Assembly (NCBI GenBank): GCA_947630445.1
Contig: CANRHQ010000005.1
Coordinates: 1 to 55,635, forward strand
DNA: 55,635 nucleotides
Direction of reading: 5' to 3'
DNA from: an uncultured Clostridia bacterium
GTDB lineage: Bacteria; Bacillota; Clostridia; TANB77; CAG-508
Both the position numbers and the translations under genes were made by a program. The notes below the pieces were generated by a model. That model did no database searches and was not told the origin of the DNA. It saw only the letters and a list, made by a program, of their open reading frames with translations. Shown here piece after piece: positions 17,076-26,722 of this stretch (the stretch's first letter is position 1; the number at the start of each line of letters is the position of its first letter).

Positions 17076-18284
17076 TTATTGTGAGTTTAATAGTATTTCA
17101 TCATAGTTAGTTATTTTTTTATAATTTCTTATACTTTGTTCATCATATCCTAAATTTTTTAATTCTTCTGTTGTATATTCTGATATAATTGAAAATTTAT
17201 CTGTTTTCATTTCAACTTTAACTAATATTTTAGATTGTACTCCTGCCCTATTTCTTATTACATAATATAATCCATTTTCCTCTATTAAACCTTGATTAGG
17301 TATTTTTAACCCAGTTGTATCCCACCATATAACATCTACAATTATTTTTCTATGACTAATTAAATCTTCTGTCATTTTATTTATTTTAAAAATTATCGTT
17401 CTTTTTCCACTTTCTTCATTTATTTGTTCTATTTTTGCATCAATTTCTTCTTTGTTTGACAATCTTAATTTGATAGTATCTCCTACTTTTGCATTCATGG
17501 CTTCTGCAGAGTCAAGTGTTACTGCAATATAGCATTTAAAATTATCTATGACTTTTCCACTATCATTACTTGCACCTATAATTTGACCTGTTTTTAAATC
17601 TATTTGATTTAAATATTCTTCAGTTATTAAATTAAATTGTGATACTGATAATTTTTCTTCTAATCCATCTACTCTATATGATACTATTCCACTCATTGGT
17701 GCAGTTTTATATTCAGTACCACTTTTTAGTTGTTGTTCATAAGTTTGTTTTTCTTTTATTAGTTTCTTTATTTCCTTATTTTCTGTAGAATTTCCTATGA
17801 AATTAATTTTTTTGCCTATTAATGTATTTATATTATTTTTATATTCAACTATTTCCTGATAATTATTTAATTTTTTTGCATTTTCTATCTGATTTTCAAT
17901 TTCATTTTCTATTGCTTTTATATCTGCTGAACTAGTTTTCTTTTCTTCTTTTTCTAATAATTCTTGAATTTGATAATTTAATTCACTTATTTTATTACTT
18001 ATTTCTTTTTCATTATCACTATAGTATCTAAATATTGGATCTTGATATGCAACTTTTTTTCCTTCTCCAGCTATTGCATATATTCCATTTTCATAATTTT
18101 CTTCTTTTATAACAATTTCATTTCTTATAATATATCCTATAGATGTATCTTCTTTTGATAATGTTCCTTTGGTTATTATATATGTATCTTTGGGACTTAC
18201 TATAAGCAAATAAATAGCATAAAAAACATATGCAATTATTAATAATGCAAAGAAAATTGCTATAATCTTTTTACTTTTTTTCAA
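17076..18284 (-). CDS. Membrane-anchored protein with coiled coil and barrel-sandwich (HlyD-like) region; function unknown
   Basis: 402 aa. N-terminal TM (IIAIFFALLIIAYVFYAIYLLIV), central heptads, and a PMSGIVSY-type segment reminiscent of membrane-fusion/HlyD family proteins. Confidence 0.7.
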   Translation of the reverse strand: MKKSKKIIAIFFALLIIAYVFYAIYLLIVSPKDTYIITKGTLSKEDTSIGYIIRNEIVIKEENYENGIYAIAGEGKKVAYQDPIFRYYSDNEKEISNKISELNYQIQELLEKEEKKTSSADIKAIENEIENQIENAKKLNNYQEIVEYKNNINTLIGKKINFIGNSTENKEIKKLIKEKQTYEQQLKSGTEYKTAPMSGIVSYRVDGLEEKLSVSQFNLITEEYLNQIDLKTGQIIGASNDSGKVIDNFKCYIAVTLDSAEAMNAKVGDTIKLRLSNKEEIDAKIEQINEESGKRTIIFKINKMTEDLISHRKIIVDVIWWDTTGLKIPNQGLIEENGLYYVIRNRAGVQSKILVKVEMKTDKFSIISEYTTEELKNLGYDEQSIRNYKKITNYDEILLNSQ

Positions 18285-18296
18285 AAGATACCACTC

Positions 18297-19217
18297 CTAC
18301 TTTATATTTTTTAAAATAATTTGTATATTTTCTTCTTGACTATTAAGTCCATCAATCCAAATTGTTTGTTTGTTCTTTTTGAACCAAGTTATTTGTCTTT
18401 TTGCATATCTTCTACTTTCCATTTTTATTTTTTCTATTAGTTCTTCTTTAGTTATATGTCCTTGTAAATATTCTACAACTTCTTTATATCCTAATCCTTG
18501 CATTGCTGTAGGAAATTTTTTATACTTATTTAATAAACTTTTTACTTCTTCTATTAAACCATTTTCAATCATTTTATCTACTCTTTTATTAATTCTATCA
18601 TATAATATATTTCTATCCATATTAATTGCAAATACTTTAAAATCATATTTTAATTCTTTTTTTCTTGATTCAATTTCTTGTTCTGTTTTTGTTTTTCCTG
18701 TTGCCTTATATATTTCTAAAATTCTCATTATTCTTTTTTTATCATTAGGACTAATTTTTTCCATTGCTTTTTCATCTATTTTTATTGCTTCATTATATAA
18801 TTTTTGTAATCCTTCTTTTTCTGCAATTTCTTCAAGTTCTTTTCTATATTTTTCATCTATTTTTATATCTTGATATTCTATTCCATATATCAGGCTATCA
18901 ACATATAGTCCTGTTCCTCCAACAATTATAGGAATTTTTTTATCTTCTATAATTTTTTCTATGGCTATTTCTGCATCATGTTTAAAATCTGCTACACTAT
19001 ATCTCTGATCTGGTCTAATAAAATCTATCAAATAATGTTTTATTCCTTGCATTTCTTCTAATGTTGGTTTTGCAGTACCAATATTCATATCTTTATATAT
19101 TTGCATTGAATCACTAGAAATTATTTCTCCATCAATTTTTTTTGCTAATTCTATTGATAATGCTGTTTTTCCTACTCCTGTTGGTCCACAAATTACTATT
19201 ACTTTAGGTTTGTTCAT
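18297..19217 (-). CDS. miaA: tRNA dimethylallyltransferase MiaA
   Basis: 306 aa. P-loop GPTGVGKTALSIELA, SSDSMQIYKDMNIGTAKP and GGTGLY motifs. Confidence 0.95.
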   Translation of the reverse strand: MNKPKVIVICGPTGVGKTALSIELAKKIDGEIISSDSMQIYKDMNIGTAKPTLEEMQGIKHYLIDFIRPDQRYSVADFKHDAEIAIEKIIEDKKIPIIVGGTGLYVDSLIYGIEYQDIKIDEKYRKELEEIAEKEGLQKLYNEAIKIDEKAMEKISPNDKKRIMRILEIYKATGKTKTEQEIESRKKELKYDFKVFAINMDRNILYDRINKRVDKMIENGLIEEVKSLLNKYKKFPTAMQGLGYKEVVEYLQGHITKEELIEKIKMESRRYAKRQITWFKKNKQTIWIDGLNSQEENIQIILKNIK

Positions 19218-19228
19218 TTTTTTCCTTT

Positions 19229-19660
19229 CTAATGTTTTAAATTATTTGCTATATCAAAAATTCCTAATTGTATTTTTTTAAAATATAATACTTCTATGAA
19301 AAAGACTATTATTACTATTATTGCTATCCTTAGTATTTTTTTATCTAAATCTTCTATATTTTCTCCTATTCTGATTTTATTTATTATCCCTGATAAATAT
19401 GGCATATATGTAATTCCATTTATTGGAGTAAATACTAAAACAATCATTTTTGATATCTGCAATCTAACTTCTTCACTTTGATAATTTATCCCTTTTGATG
19501 ATATTGATAATAGTATATTAGTAATTATTAAACTTACTATTATCCCTCCTGCACATACCAATATTTTCTCTACATTTTCTAACATATCTAATCTATACCA
19601 TGTAAATCCTATTAGGACAAAAAATAATGCGAATACTACTATTATTATTAAAGGTATCAT
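19229..19660 (-). CDS. Hypothetical integral membrane protein (143 aa, about 4 TM)
   Basis: Hydrophobic ORF between mutL and miaA with short intergenic gaps. No family assignable. Confidence 0.65.
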   Translation of the reverse strand: MIPLIIIVVFALFFVLIGFTWYRLDMLENVEKILVCAGGIIVSLIITNILLSISSKGINYQSEEVRLQISKMIVLVFTPINGITYMPYLSGIINKIRIGENIEDLDKKILRIAIIVIIVFFIEVLYFKKIQLGIFDIANNLKH

Positions 19661-19673
19661 TTTCTATCTCCTC

Positions 19674-21893
19674 TTACTTTCTTGCAAATTTCTTTTCAAT
19701 TTCATATTTTGACATTTTTATTGCTGTTGGCCTTCCATGAGGACATGTAAATGGATTTGGCAAAGCAAGTAATTTATTCATTAAACTATCTACTTCTTCC
19801 TTTGTTAATGCCATATTTGCCTTTACTGCTGCTTTACATGCAATTGTTGCTATGAACCTTTCTTCTATTTCTTGTTTTGCAGTTCTTGAAATAGAGTCGA
19901 TTTCATCTAATGTTTCTAAAAACATTTCTTTTGTTTCTAGATCTAAACACATTTCAGGTACTCCTGTTAGTTTTAATGTGTTTTCTCCAAATTCTTCAAT
20001 CATAAATCCTGCTTTTTTAAACATTTCCATGTTTTCTTTAGCTATTTCCATTTCCTTATGTGATAATGTTATTATATCTGGTAATAACATTAATTGAGAA
20101 TCTTTAGTTTCATTATTATAGTAATTTTGTTTTACCTTTTCATATAAAATTCTTTCATGTGCTGCATGTTGGTCAATTATATACATTTCGTCTTTTATTT
20201 CTACTATTATATATGTTTTAAATACAATTCCAATAAATTTATATTCTGTTTTATTAAATTGAGGAAACTCATCAAAAACAGATGTATTTTTTAATTTTGA
20301 CATATCTGGTTCTGCACTTTCTTGCACAGGTCTTGTTCCAAAAAATTTTAAATACATTTCTTCAAAATTTTGTGAATTGTTTTCTTCTTGTTTTTCATTA
20401 TTTTCTATTTTTTCTATTTTTTCTATTTTTTCTATTTCACTATTTTTTTGCATTTCTTTTATTGCATAAGGTATTTCTTCCTCTTGTAAAACATTGTTTT
20501 CTTCATTATTTTCTTGCTGTGTTTCTTCTTGTTTTACTTCCTCTTGGACTTTTTCTTGTATTTCTTCTTGTTTTGCTTCTTCCTGTTTTTCTTGTTCTTC
20601 TGTTTTTACTGTATCTTCTTTTAATTTAAAACCAGGTATATCTTGTATTAATTTATTTTTTATTTCTTGTATCTTTTTTAATACTTCTTGGCTTTTTTCT
20701 AAGTCTGGCATTTTTACTGTTTCATTATTTTTTTCTTCTGTTACAATTTGTTTAACTGGTTCTTCTGTTTTGTTTGTTGAAGCCATTGCAGCAAGTTGCC
20801 TTGCTTTATATACTTGTTCTATTATTGTTTCTTTTGGCTTATTTCCAAATAGTCCACTTTCTTCTCTGCTTTCAGTTGAAACATGATCTGTATCTGCAAC
20901 TAACTCAGATTTTAATAGTGCATCTTTTATAGCATGATATAATCCTTTAAATACTTTATTTTCATCTTCAAATCTAACTTCTAGTTTTGCTGGATGCACA
21001 TTTACATCAACTTTACTTGGATCCATATCTATATTTAATATTAAAAATCCAAATTTTCCTATAGGTATTATTCCTTTATATGCCTTTTCTACTGCTGATG
21101 ATAGTGTTTTATCTTTTATAAATCTTTTGTTTACAAAAAATGTTTGATATGCTCTGTTAGAACGAGCTATTTCTGGTTTTCCAATTACTCCATGTATATG
21201 AATATCCTCATATGTGTAATCTGTGTCTATTAATCCTCCTGCTACATCTTTTCCATATATACTATATACTACTGTTTTTAAATCTCCATTTCCATTAGTT
21301 TGAATTACTGTTTTTCCTGAACTTATTAATTTTATTGAAATTTCAGGATGAACTAATGCTACTCTTGTAACAGCATCTTCTATATATCCTGCTTCTGTAA
21401 AATCTTTTTTTAAAAATTTATATCTTACTGGTGTATTGAAAAATAAATTTGTAACAGTTATTGAAGTTCCTACTGGTGCTCCTGTTTCTGTTTTTTCTAA
21501 TACATTTCCCCCTTCTACTATAACTTTATATCCACTTTGTTGATTTTCTGTTTTAGATACCATTTCTACTTTTGCAATTGCTGCAATACTTGCTAATGCC
21601 TCTCCTCTGAACCCCATAGATGTAACTGTATTTAAGTCATCTGCACATCTTATTTTACTAGTAGCATGTCTTTCAAATGCCATTTCTAAATCATCTTCTG
21701 GAATTCCTTTTCCATTGTCTGTTACTTTTATGTATGAAATTCCCCCATTTTTTATTTCTACAGTTATATTAGTTGCTCCTGCATCAATAGAGTTTTCCAT
21801 CATTTCTTTTATTACAGATGCCGGTCTTTCTATTACTTCTCCTGCTGCAATCTTATTTATTGTTAGATCATCTAATAATACTATATTTCCCAT
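19674..21893 (-). CDS. mutL: DNA mismatch repair protein MutL with an expanded low-complexity linker
   Basis: 739 aa. GHKL ATPase N-terminus (INKIAAGEVIERPASVIKEMMENSIDAGA, GFRGEALASI), a long E/K/Q-rich linker, and a C-terminal dimerisation/endonuclease domain (DQHAAHERILYE, CPHGRP). Confidence 0.95.
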   Translation of the reverse strand: MGNIVLLDDLTINKIAAGEVIERPASVIKEMMENSIDAGATNITVEIKNGGISYIKVTDNGKGIPEDDLEMAFERHATSKIRCADDLNTVTSMGFRGEALASIAAIAKVEMVSKTENQQSGYKVIVEGGNVLEKTETGAPVGTSITVTNLFFNTPVRYKFLKKDFTEAGYIEDAVTRVALVHPEISIKLISSGKTVIQTNGNGDLKTVVYSIYGKDVAGGLIDTDYTYEDIHIHGVIGKPEIARSNRAYQTFFVNKRFIKDKTLSSAVEKAYKGIIPIGKFGFLILNIDMDPSKVDVNVHPAKLEVRFEDENKVFKGLYHAIKDALLKSELVADTDHVSTESREESGLFGNKPKETIIEQVYKARQLAAMASTNKTEEPVKQIVTEEKNNETVKMPDLEKSQEVLKKIQEIKNKLIQDIPGFKLKEDTVKTEEQEKQEEAKQEEIQEKVQEEVKQEETQQENNEENNVLQEEEIPYAIKEMQKNSEIEKIEKIEKIENNEKQEENNSQNFEEMYLKFFGTRPVQESAEPDMSKLKNTSVFDEFPQFNKTEYKFIGIVFKTYIIVEIKDEMYIIDQHAAHERILYEKVKQNYYNNETKDSQLMLLPDIITLSHKEMEIAKENMEMFKKAGFMIEEFGENTLKLTGVPEMCLDLETKEMFLETLDEIDSISRTAKQEIEERFIATIACKAAVKANMALTKEEVDSLMNKLLALPNPFTCPHGRPTAIKMSKYEIEKKFARK
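20401..20436 (-). repeat. In-frame 9-bp microsatellite (4 perfect copies of ttttctatt) in the mutL linker
   Basis: ttttctatt x4 at 20401-20436, encoding the (EKI)n run in ..EIEKIEKIEKIENNEK.. Confidence 0.9.
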
Positions 21894-22080
21894 TTATATC
21901 ATTCCTTTTCTTCAGCTTTTCATTCACTTGTATTGTATCATTTCTATTTTTTATTATCAAGTATTTTTTATATTTTAATGTAACACAAATTTGCTAACTT
22001 CCATATTATATATTATCAAAAGAAAAATTCTAAAGTTTTTACTTTGGTTTAAAGATGTATTTCTGAAAGGGGGGTTTTAT

Positions 22081-22197
22081 ATGCCAGAAAATAGAGGATG
22101 CGGTGGTTTCGGATTTGGTGATGACTGCTGTTGGATAATCATTCTTATACTTTTAATTTGTTGCTGTTGTGGTGGTAACAGAGGAGGATGTTGCTAA
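22081..22197 (+). CDS. 38-aa Cys/Gly-rich small membrane peptide (YjcZ-like style)
   Basis: ATG 22081, preceded by GAAAGGGGGG. Encodes MPENRGCGGFGFGDDCCWIIILILLICCCCGGNRGGCC, followed by a terminator. The track start at 21991 has no RBS. Confidence 0.6.
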   Translation: MPENRGCGGFGFGDDCCWIIILILLICCCCGGNRGGCC

Positions 22198-22211
22198 TCC
22201 TTTAGACATAT

Positions 22212-22247
22212 AAGAAGACCCCGTTAAGGAGTCTTCTTTATTTTTTC
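22212..22247 (+). terminator. Rho-independent terminator after the Cys-rich peptide gene
   Basis: aagaagac (22212-22219) pairs with gtcttctt (22231-22238), followed by tatttttt. Confidence 0.7.
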
Positions 22248-22266
22248 GATTTATTTCCTTTTAATA

Positions 22267-22295
22267 TTGCAAATTATTTTCTTTTATATTAAAAT
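22267..22295 (+). promoter_or_regulatory. Possible promoter for the LPXTG/VWA gene
   Basis: TTGCAA (22267-22272), 17-nt spacer, TAAAAT (22290-22295). Confidence 0.35.
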
Positions 22296-22313
22296 AATAT
22301 TGAGGTGTTTTAT

Positions 22314-23702
22314 ATGAGAAAATTTTTTACATTAATAATATTTATATTAATGATTTTAATTTCAACTAATGTATTTGCTATAAATACTACTATGGAAGTA
22401 GTTGAAGATAATGTCTGTAGAATTGATTTAAATGAATCATCTTATTTAGAGAAAAAACTTATAGATACTGATTTAATAAATCATCAAGTTACATTACAAT
22501 TACAAGTAAATAATGATGCAGAAATTATTATTCCTTCTGGAGAACTTGTATTAGTAATTGATAGTTCAGATAGTATGGATAATACAATAGCTGAATCAAA
22601 AACAAGAAAAGATGTTGTTTTACAATCTGCTCAAAAATTAGTAACTGATTTATTAGCAGCAAATAGTACATCCTTAAAAATAGGTGTTGTTTCATTTTCA
22701 TCAAGCAGTGAAACAGATGAAGAGTCTGGATATGTGGTAATGGGAACTAATAAAGATGCTGAAAAAGTATGTGATTTAACAAATGAATTATCTACATTAA
22801 CTAGCAGTATTTCAGCCATAGAAGGAACTGGTCAATGTACAAACTTAGATGCTGGTCTTAAATTAGGTAAAAGTTTATTTACTTCTGAAGAAACAAATAA
22901 ATATATGATTGTTTTAACAGATGGTTTACCAAATTTAGCTGTTGGATTCAATGATTTAGTTTCTATGGAAGGCTTAAATAATATAATTAATGAAACAAAA
23001 TCAACTCTTACTTCTATGACAAATGTTAATCTTATAACAATGCTAACTGGTATCGATAATGAACAAGCTAAGTTTAGAGAAGATGTTTCTGCTGGAACAT
23101 CATATACATATGGTCAAGTAATTGAAGAAGTTTTTGGAACACAATCAAATCCTACATATGGAAAATTTTATAAAATAGATGATAGTGAAATTGAAAAAAC
23201 TATTACAGATGACATCTATCATGATTTATTACCTATAGCTCATTCATTAGATGATATTTCTGTTATAGATTATTTTCCACAATATATAGTTGATAATTTT
23301 GAAATGACTTATGTTGAAGGTATAGATGTTAGTAATGTTTCTAGTCAAATTTCTCCAGAAACAAATAGCATTACTTGGACTATTGCAAAATTAGAACCAG
23401 GTCAATCAGCAAAGATTCAATATAATTTAAAGTTAAAAGATACTTTTGATGAACAAATAATTGATCAAATACTTGATACAAATGAAAAGGTAGATGTTAA
23501 TTATAAAGATTTTGATGAAACTACAAAAACTAAAACTTCTGATGTTACTCCAAAAATAAAATTAACAGCTGTAAAAGAAGATACTACTATTGCTCCTACA
23601 CCTTTACCTAAAACTGGTAGTCCTGTATTTATAATTGGTGGATTTGTTACACTTATAGCTGTTTCAATATTCTTTGGTATTAAATCTAGAAAAATTAGAT
23701 AA
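22314..23702 (+). CDS. LPXTG-anchored von Willebrand factor A (VWA) domain surface protein
   Basis: Preferred ATG 22314 (GAGG at 22302-22305). Signal peptide MRKFFTLIIFILMILISTNVFA. MIDAS motif LVIDSSDSMD. C-terminal sorting signal LPKTGSPVFIIGGFVTLIAVSIFFGIKSRKIR. Confidence 0.85.
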   Translation: MRKFFTLIIFILMILISTNVFAINTTMEVVEDNVCRIDLNESSYLEKKLIDTDLINHQVTLQLQVNNDAEIIIPSGELVLVIDSSDSMDNTIAESKTRKDVVLQSAQKLVTDLLAANSTSLKIGVVSFSSSSETDEESGYVVMGTNKDAEKVCDLTNELSTLTSSISAIEGTGQCTNLDAGLKLGKSLFTSEETNKYMIVLTDGLPNLAVGFNDLVSMEGLNNIINETKSTLTSMTNVNLITMLTGIDNEQAKFREDVSAGTSYTYGQVIEEVFGTQSNPTYGKFYKIDDSEIEKTITDDIYHDLLPIAHSLDDISVIDYFPQYIVDNFEMTYVEGIDVSNVSSQISPETNSITWTIAKLEPGQSAKIQYNLKLKDTFDEQIIDQILDTNEKVDVNYKDFDETTKTKTSDVTPKIKLTAVKEDTTIAPTPLPKTGSPVFIIGGFVTLIAVSIFFGIKSRKIR

Positions 23703-23706
23703 ACAT

Positions 23707-23740
23707 AAAAAGGAAGAAATTTAAAATTTCTTCCTTTTTT
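23707..23740. terminator. Bidirectional terminator between convergent genes
   Basis: aaaaaggaagaaa (23707-23719) pairs with tttcttccttttt (23727-23739). A-run and T-run on either side. Confidence 0.75.
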
Positions 23741-23754
23741 ATGTTTTTTATTTA

Positions 23755-24240
23755 CTATTTCATAGTTATATTTATATCATATACATTTGCATAATCTAAA
23801 GTTGTACTTACTATAAATTGTACAGTTTGTCCAACTTTTAATGGTTCTATCATTCCATCTGCAGTAGTTATTTGTTGACCATTTTCATCTACAAATTGAA
23901 CAGTTACAAATGTAAGATCTTCTATGTCTTTACCAGTATTATTAACTACATCTGCTAATAGCTCTGTTTGATTACTTTTACTTGTTAATTGTATATTACT
24001 AAATTGTAAACCATTAACATTCTTTGTTTCTTTTAATTTGTCGCTTATGTTAACTTTAGTATTATCTTCTAATACTTGTACATATTGTTCATCCTGATTA
24101 TTGGTATTTGTATTTCCTGTATCAGTTGAAGTATTGTTTGGTACATCTGAATTTCTTCTTACAAAAAATACTACCACTATTAATATTACTACAGCTACTG
24201 CTAATAATATTAAACCAATTTTTTTGCTTTCGTTTTTCAT
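23755..24240 (-). CDS. Membrane-anchored hypothetical protein (161 aa)
   Basis: N-terminal TM (IGLILLAVAVVILIVVVFFV), T/N-rich linker, and a beta-rich ~100-aa ectodomain. No family assignable. Confidence 0.65.
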   Translation of the reverse strand: MKNESKKIGLILLAVAVVILIVVVFFVRRNSDVPNNTSTDTGNTNTNNQDEQYVQVLEDNTKVNISDKLKETKNVNGLQFSNIQLTSKSNQTELLADVVNNTGKDIEDLTFVTVQFVDENGQQITTADGMIEPLKVGQTVQFIVSTTLDYANVYDINITMK

Positions 24241-24334
24241 ATTTTAATTCCCTCTTTCTTTACTTTTGTTTTCTAAATTATATCATTTAAAAATTTTTTT
24301 GGCAATACTTATTTTAAAAAAATATTACTATTAT

Positions 24335-25342
24335 TTATTTTATTTTTCTATCTATCGTATCCAAATTGTCTAAAGCCTTTCCTGTTCCTAATGCAACACA
24401 TGAAACAGCATCATTTGCTATCATTACATTTATCCCTGTTTTTTCTTGTAATAATTTGTCTAATCCGTCTACTAAACATCCTCCACCAGTCATATAAATT
24501 CCTTTATCACTTATATCTGCTGCAAGTTCTGGTGGAGTTTTTTCTAAAACTGAATGTACAGCATCAACTATCATCATAGCTGGTTCTATAAGTGCTTCCA
24601 TCATTTCGCTTGAATAAACTACAACTGTTTTTGGCAACCCTGTAATTAGATCTCTTCCTCTTATCTCCATTTCAGTATCTTGTATTTTTGGATAGACACA
24701 ACCTATATTTATTTTTAAATCCTCAGCTGTTCTTTCTCCAATCATTATATTATGTTTTTTCTTAATATATTTTACTATATACTCATCAAATTTATCTCCT
24801 GCTACTTTTAGAGAAGTACTTTCTACAGAACCTCCTAGTGAAATAACAGCTATATCTGTTGTTCCACCTCCTATATCAACAACCATATTTCCACATGGTT
24901 TTGCTATATCAATTCCAGCACCAATTGCAGCAGCAATTGGTTCTTCTATTAAAAATACTTTTCGTGCTCCTGCTTGTGTTGCTGCATCTATTACAGCCTT
25001 TTTTTCAACTTCCGTTACTCTTGATGGAATACATATCATTGTTCTAGGTGAAAATAATGATCTTCCATTAACTTTACTTATAAAATATTTTAACATTTTT
25101 TCAGTAACTGTATAATCAGATATTACACCCTCTCTTAATGGTCTTGTTGCTACTATATTACCTGGTGTTCTTCCAAGCATTCTTCTGGCTTCTTGTCCTA
25201 CAGCCAATACTTCTTTTGTATTACTATCTACTGCTACAACAGATGGTTCTCTTAATACTACACCTTTTCCTTTTACATAAGCAATTACTGTTGCAGTTCC
25301 CAAGTCTATTCCAATGTCTTGACCTAAACCAAATTTAAACAT
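24335..25342 (-). CDS. mreB: Rod shape-determining actin homologue MreB
   Basis: 335 aa. GIDLGTATV, VVDIGGGTTD and GIYMTGGG motifs of the MreB/Mbl family. Confidence 0.95.
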   Translation of the reverse strand: MFKFGLGQDIGIDLGTATVIAYVKGKGVVLREPSVVAVDSNTKEVLAVGQEARRMLGRTPGNIVATRPLREGVISDYTVTEKMLKYFISKVNGRSLFSPRTMICIPSRVTEVEKKAVIDAATQAGARKVFLIEEPIAAAIGAGIDIAKPCGNMVVDIGGGTTDIAVISLGGSVESTSLKVAGDKFDEYIVKYIKKKHNIMIGERTAEDLKINIGCVYPKIQDTEMEIRGRDLITGLPKTVVVYSSEMMEALIEPAMMIVDAVHSVLEKTPPELAADISDKGIYMTGGGCLVDGLDKLLQEKTGINVMIANDAVSCVALGTGKALDNLDTIDRKIK

Positions 25343-25356
25343 TCCTATCTACTCCT

Positions 25357-25734
25357 CTATCTTTTTAAATTCATTATAATTACACCAGCAATTATTAATA
25401 ATGCTCCTCCTATTGTGTTTATTGAATATTGTTCTTTTAAAAATATTATAGATGCAATTACTATAACTCCTTGTGCAATTCCATTACATATTGGTGAAAT
25501 ATAACTTACATTTTCAAACATCATTATTATTCTTGTAAATAGCAAGAAACTTAATATATAACATATAAAGCCTAAAGCACTTATTAAACTGATGCTAAAT
25601 CCCAATTCTCCTGAACCTATGGATATTTTTCCTGCATTTCCTCCCTTTTTCATTAATATCAGTCCTGATACTGTTAATATTACATATATTATTATCATTA
25701 ATATTCTCATTATATTTTTTCTCCTTATTTGCAT
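25357..25734 (-). CDS. Small EamA/SMR-like 4-TM membrane protein; candidate lipid-linked sugar flippase subunit (ArnE/ArnF-like)
   Basis: 125 aa hydrophobic protein. An alternative start MRILMII at 25710 follows AAGGAGA. Sits directly downstream of the polyprenyl-phosphate GT2 gene. Confidence 0.6.
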   Translation of the reverse strand: MQIRRKNIMRILMIIIYVILTVSGLILMKKGGNAGKISIGSGELGFSISLISALGFICYILSFLLFTRIIMMFENVSYISPICNGIAQGVIVIASIIFLKEQYSINTIGGALLIIAGVIIMNLKR

Positions 25735-25772
25735 TTTTATTCCTTTCTTGAAATTAATTTACAATATTATTA

Positions 25773-26714
25773 CTAATTATCTTTTTCTGTTTCTTTTACT
25801 ATATAGATTGGTCTATTTTTTACCTCTAAATATGTTTTAGATAAATATTGTCCTATTATTCCAATTGAAAATAATTGAATTCCACTTACAAATACAATTA
25901 TACATGCTAATGATGGCCAACCTGAAGTTGGATCTCCAAAAATTAATGTTTTGATTATTATAAATATAATTGCTATAAATGCTATTAAACAAAATAATAT
26001 TCCTATAAGTGATGACATTATTAGTGGTGTTGTTGAAAATGCCGTTATCCCTTCTATTGCATATCTAAATAATTTCCAAAATGACCACTTAGTTTCTCCA
26101 GCAACTCTTTCTACATTTTCATATTCTAACCACTTTGTATTAAATCCTACAAAACTAAATAATCCTTTTGAATATCTGTTATATTCTTTTAATGAAACTA
26201 TACTATCAACTACTTTTCTTTTCATTAATCTATAATCTCTAGCTCCATCCACCATTTCTATAGATGACATTTTATTTATGATTTTGTAAAACATTCTTGC
26301 AAAAAGACTTCTAATAGGAGGTTCTCCTTTTCTTGTTACTCTCCTTGTTCCTACTGCATCATAGTCCTCTGTTTTAATTATGTCAAACATTTTTCTTAAT
26401 AGTGATGGTGGGTCTTGTAAGTCTGCATCCATTAATGTAACATAGTCTCCTGTTGCATTTTCTAGTCCTGCTAGCATTGCCGCTTCTTTTCCAAAATTTC
26501 TCGAAAATGATATATATCTTACTTTCTCATCTTGTTTTCTTAAATCCTTTATTATTTGTAATGTATTATCTTTTGAGCCATCATTTACAAATATATATTC
26601 AAAGTCTGCTATATTTTCAAAATCTTGTTTTCTAACTCTTTCCATTTCTTCATAAAATAGTGGTAATGCTTTTTCTTCATTGTAACATGATATAACTACT
26701 GAAATTTTTTCCAT
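25773..26714 (-). CDS. GT2 polyprenyl-phosphate glycosyltransferase (ArnC/GtrB/CsbB-like)
   Basis: 313 aa. ISVVISCYNEE, NDGSKD and MDADLQDPP motifs, plus two C-terminal TM helices typical of the undecaprenyl-phosphate sugar synthase subgroup. Confidence 0.85.
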   Translation of the reverse strand: MEKISVVISCYNEEKALPLFYEEMERVRKQDFENIADFEYIFVNDGSKDNTLQIIKDLRKQDEKVRYISFSRNFGKEAAMLAGLENATGDYVTLMDADLQDPPSLLRKMFDIIKTEDYDAVGTRRVTRKGEPPIRSLFARMFYKIINKMSSIEMVDGARDYRLMKRKVVDSIVSLKEYNRYSKGLFSFVGFNTKWLEYENVERVAGETKWSFWKLFRYAIEGITAFSTTPLIMSSLIGILFCLIAFIAIIFIIIKTLIFGDPTSGWPSLACIIVFVSGIQLFSIGIIGQYLSKTYLEVKNRPIYIVKETEKDN

Positions 26715-26722
26715 TTTTCCTC

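Noticed and set aside
21991-22080. N-terminal extension of the Cys-rich ORF given by the track (68 aa from 21991).
   Set aside because: The extension has no RBS, whereas ATG 22081 is preceded by GAAAGGGGGG. The upstream part also overlaps the likely promoter.
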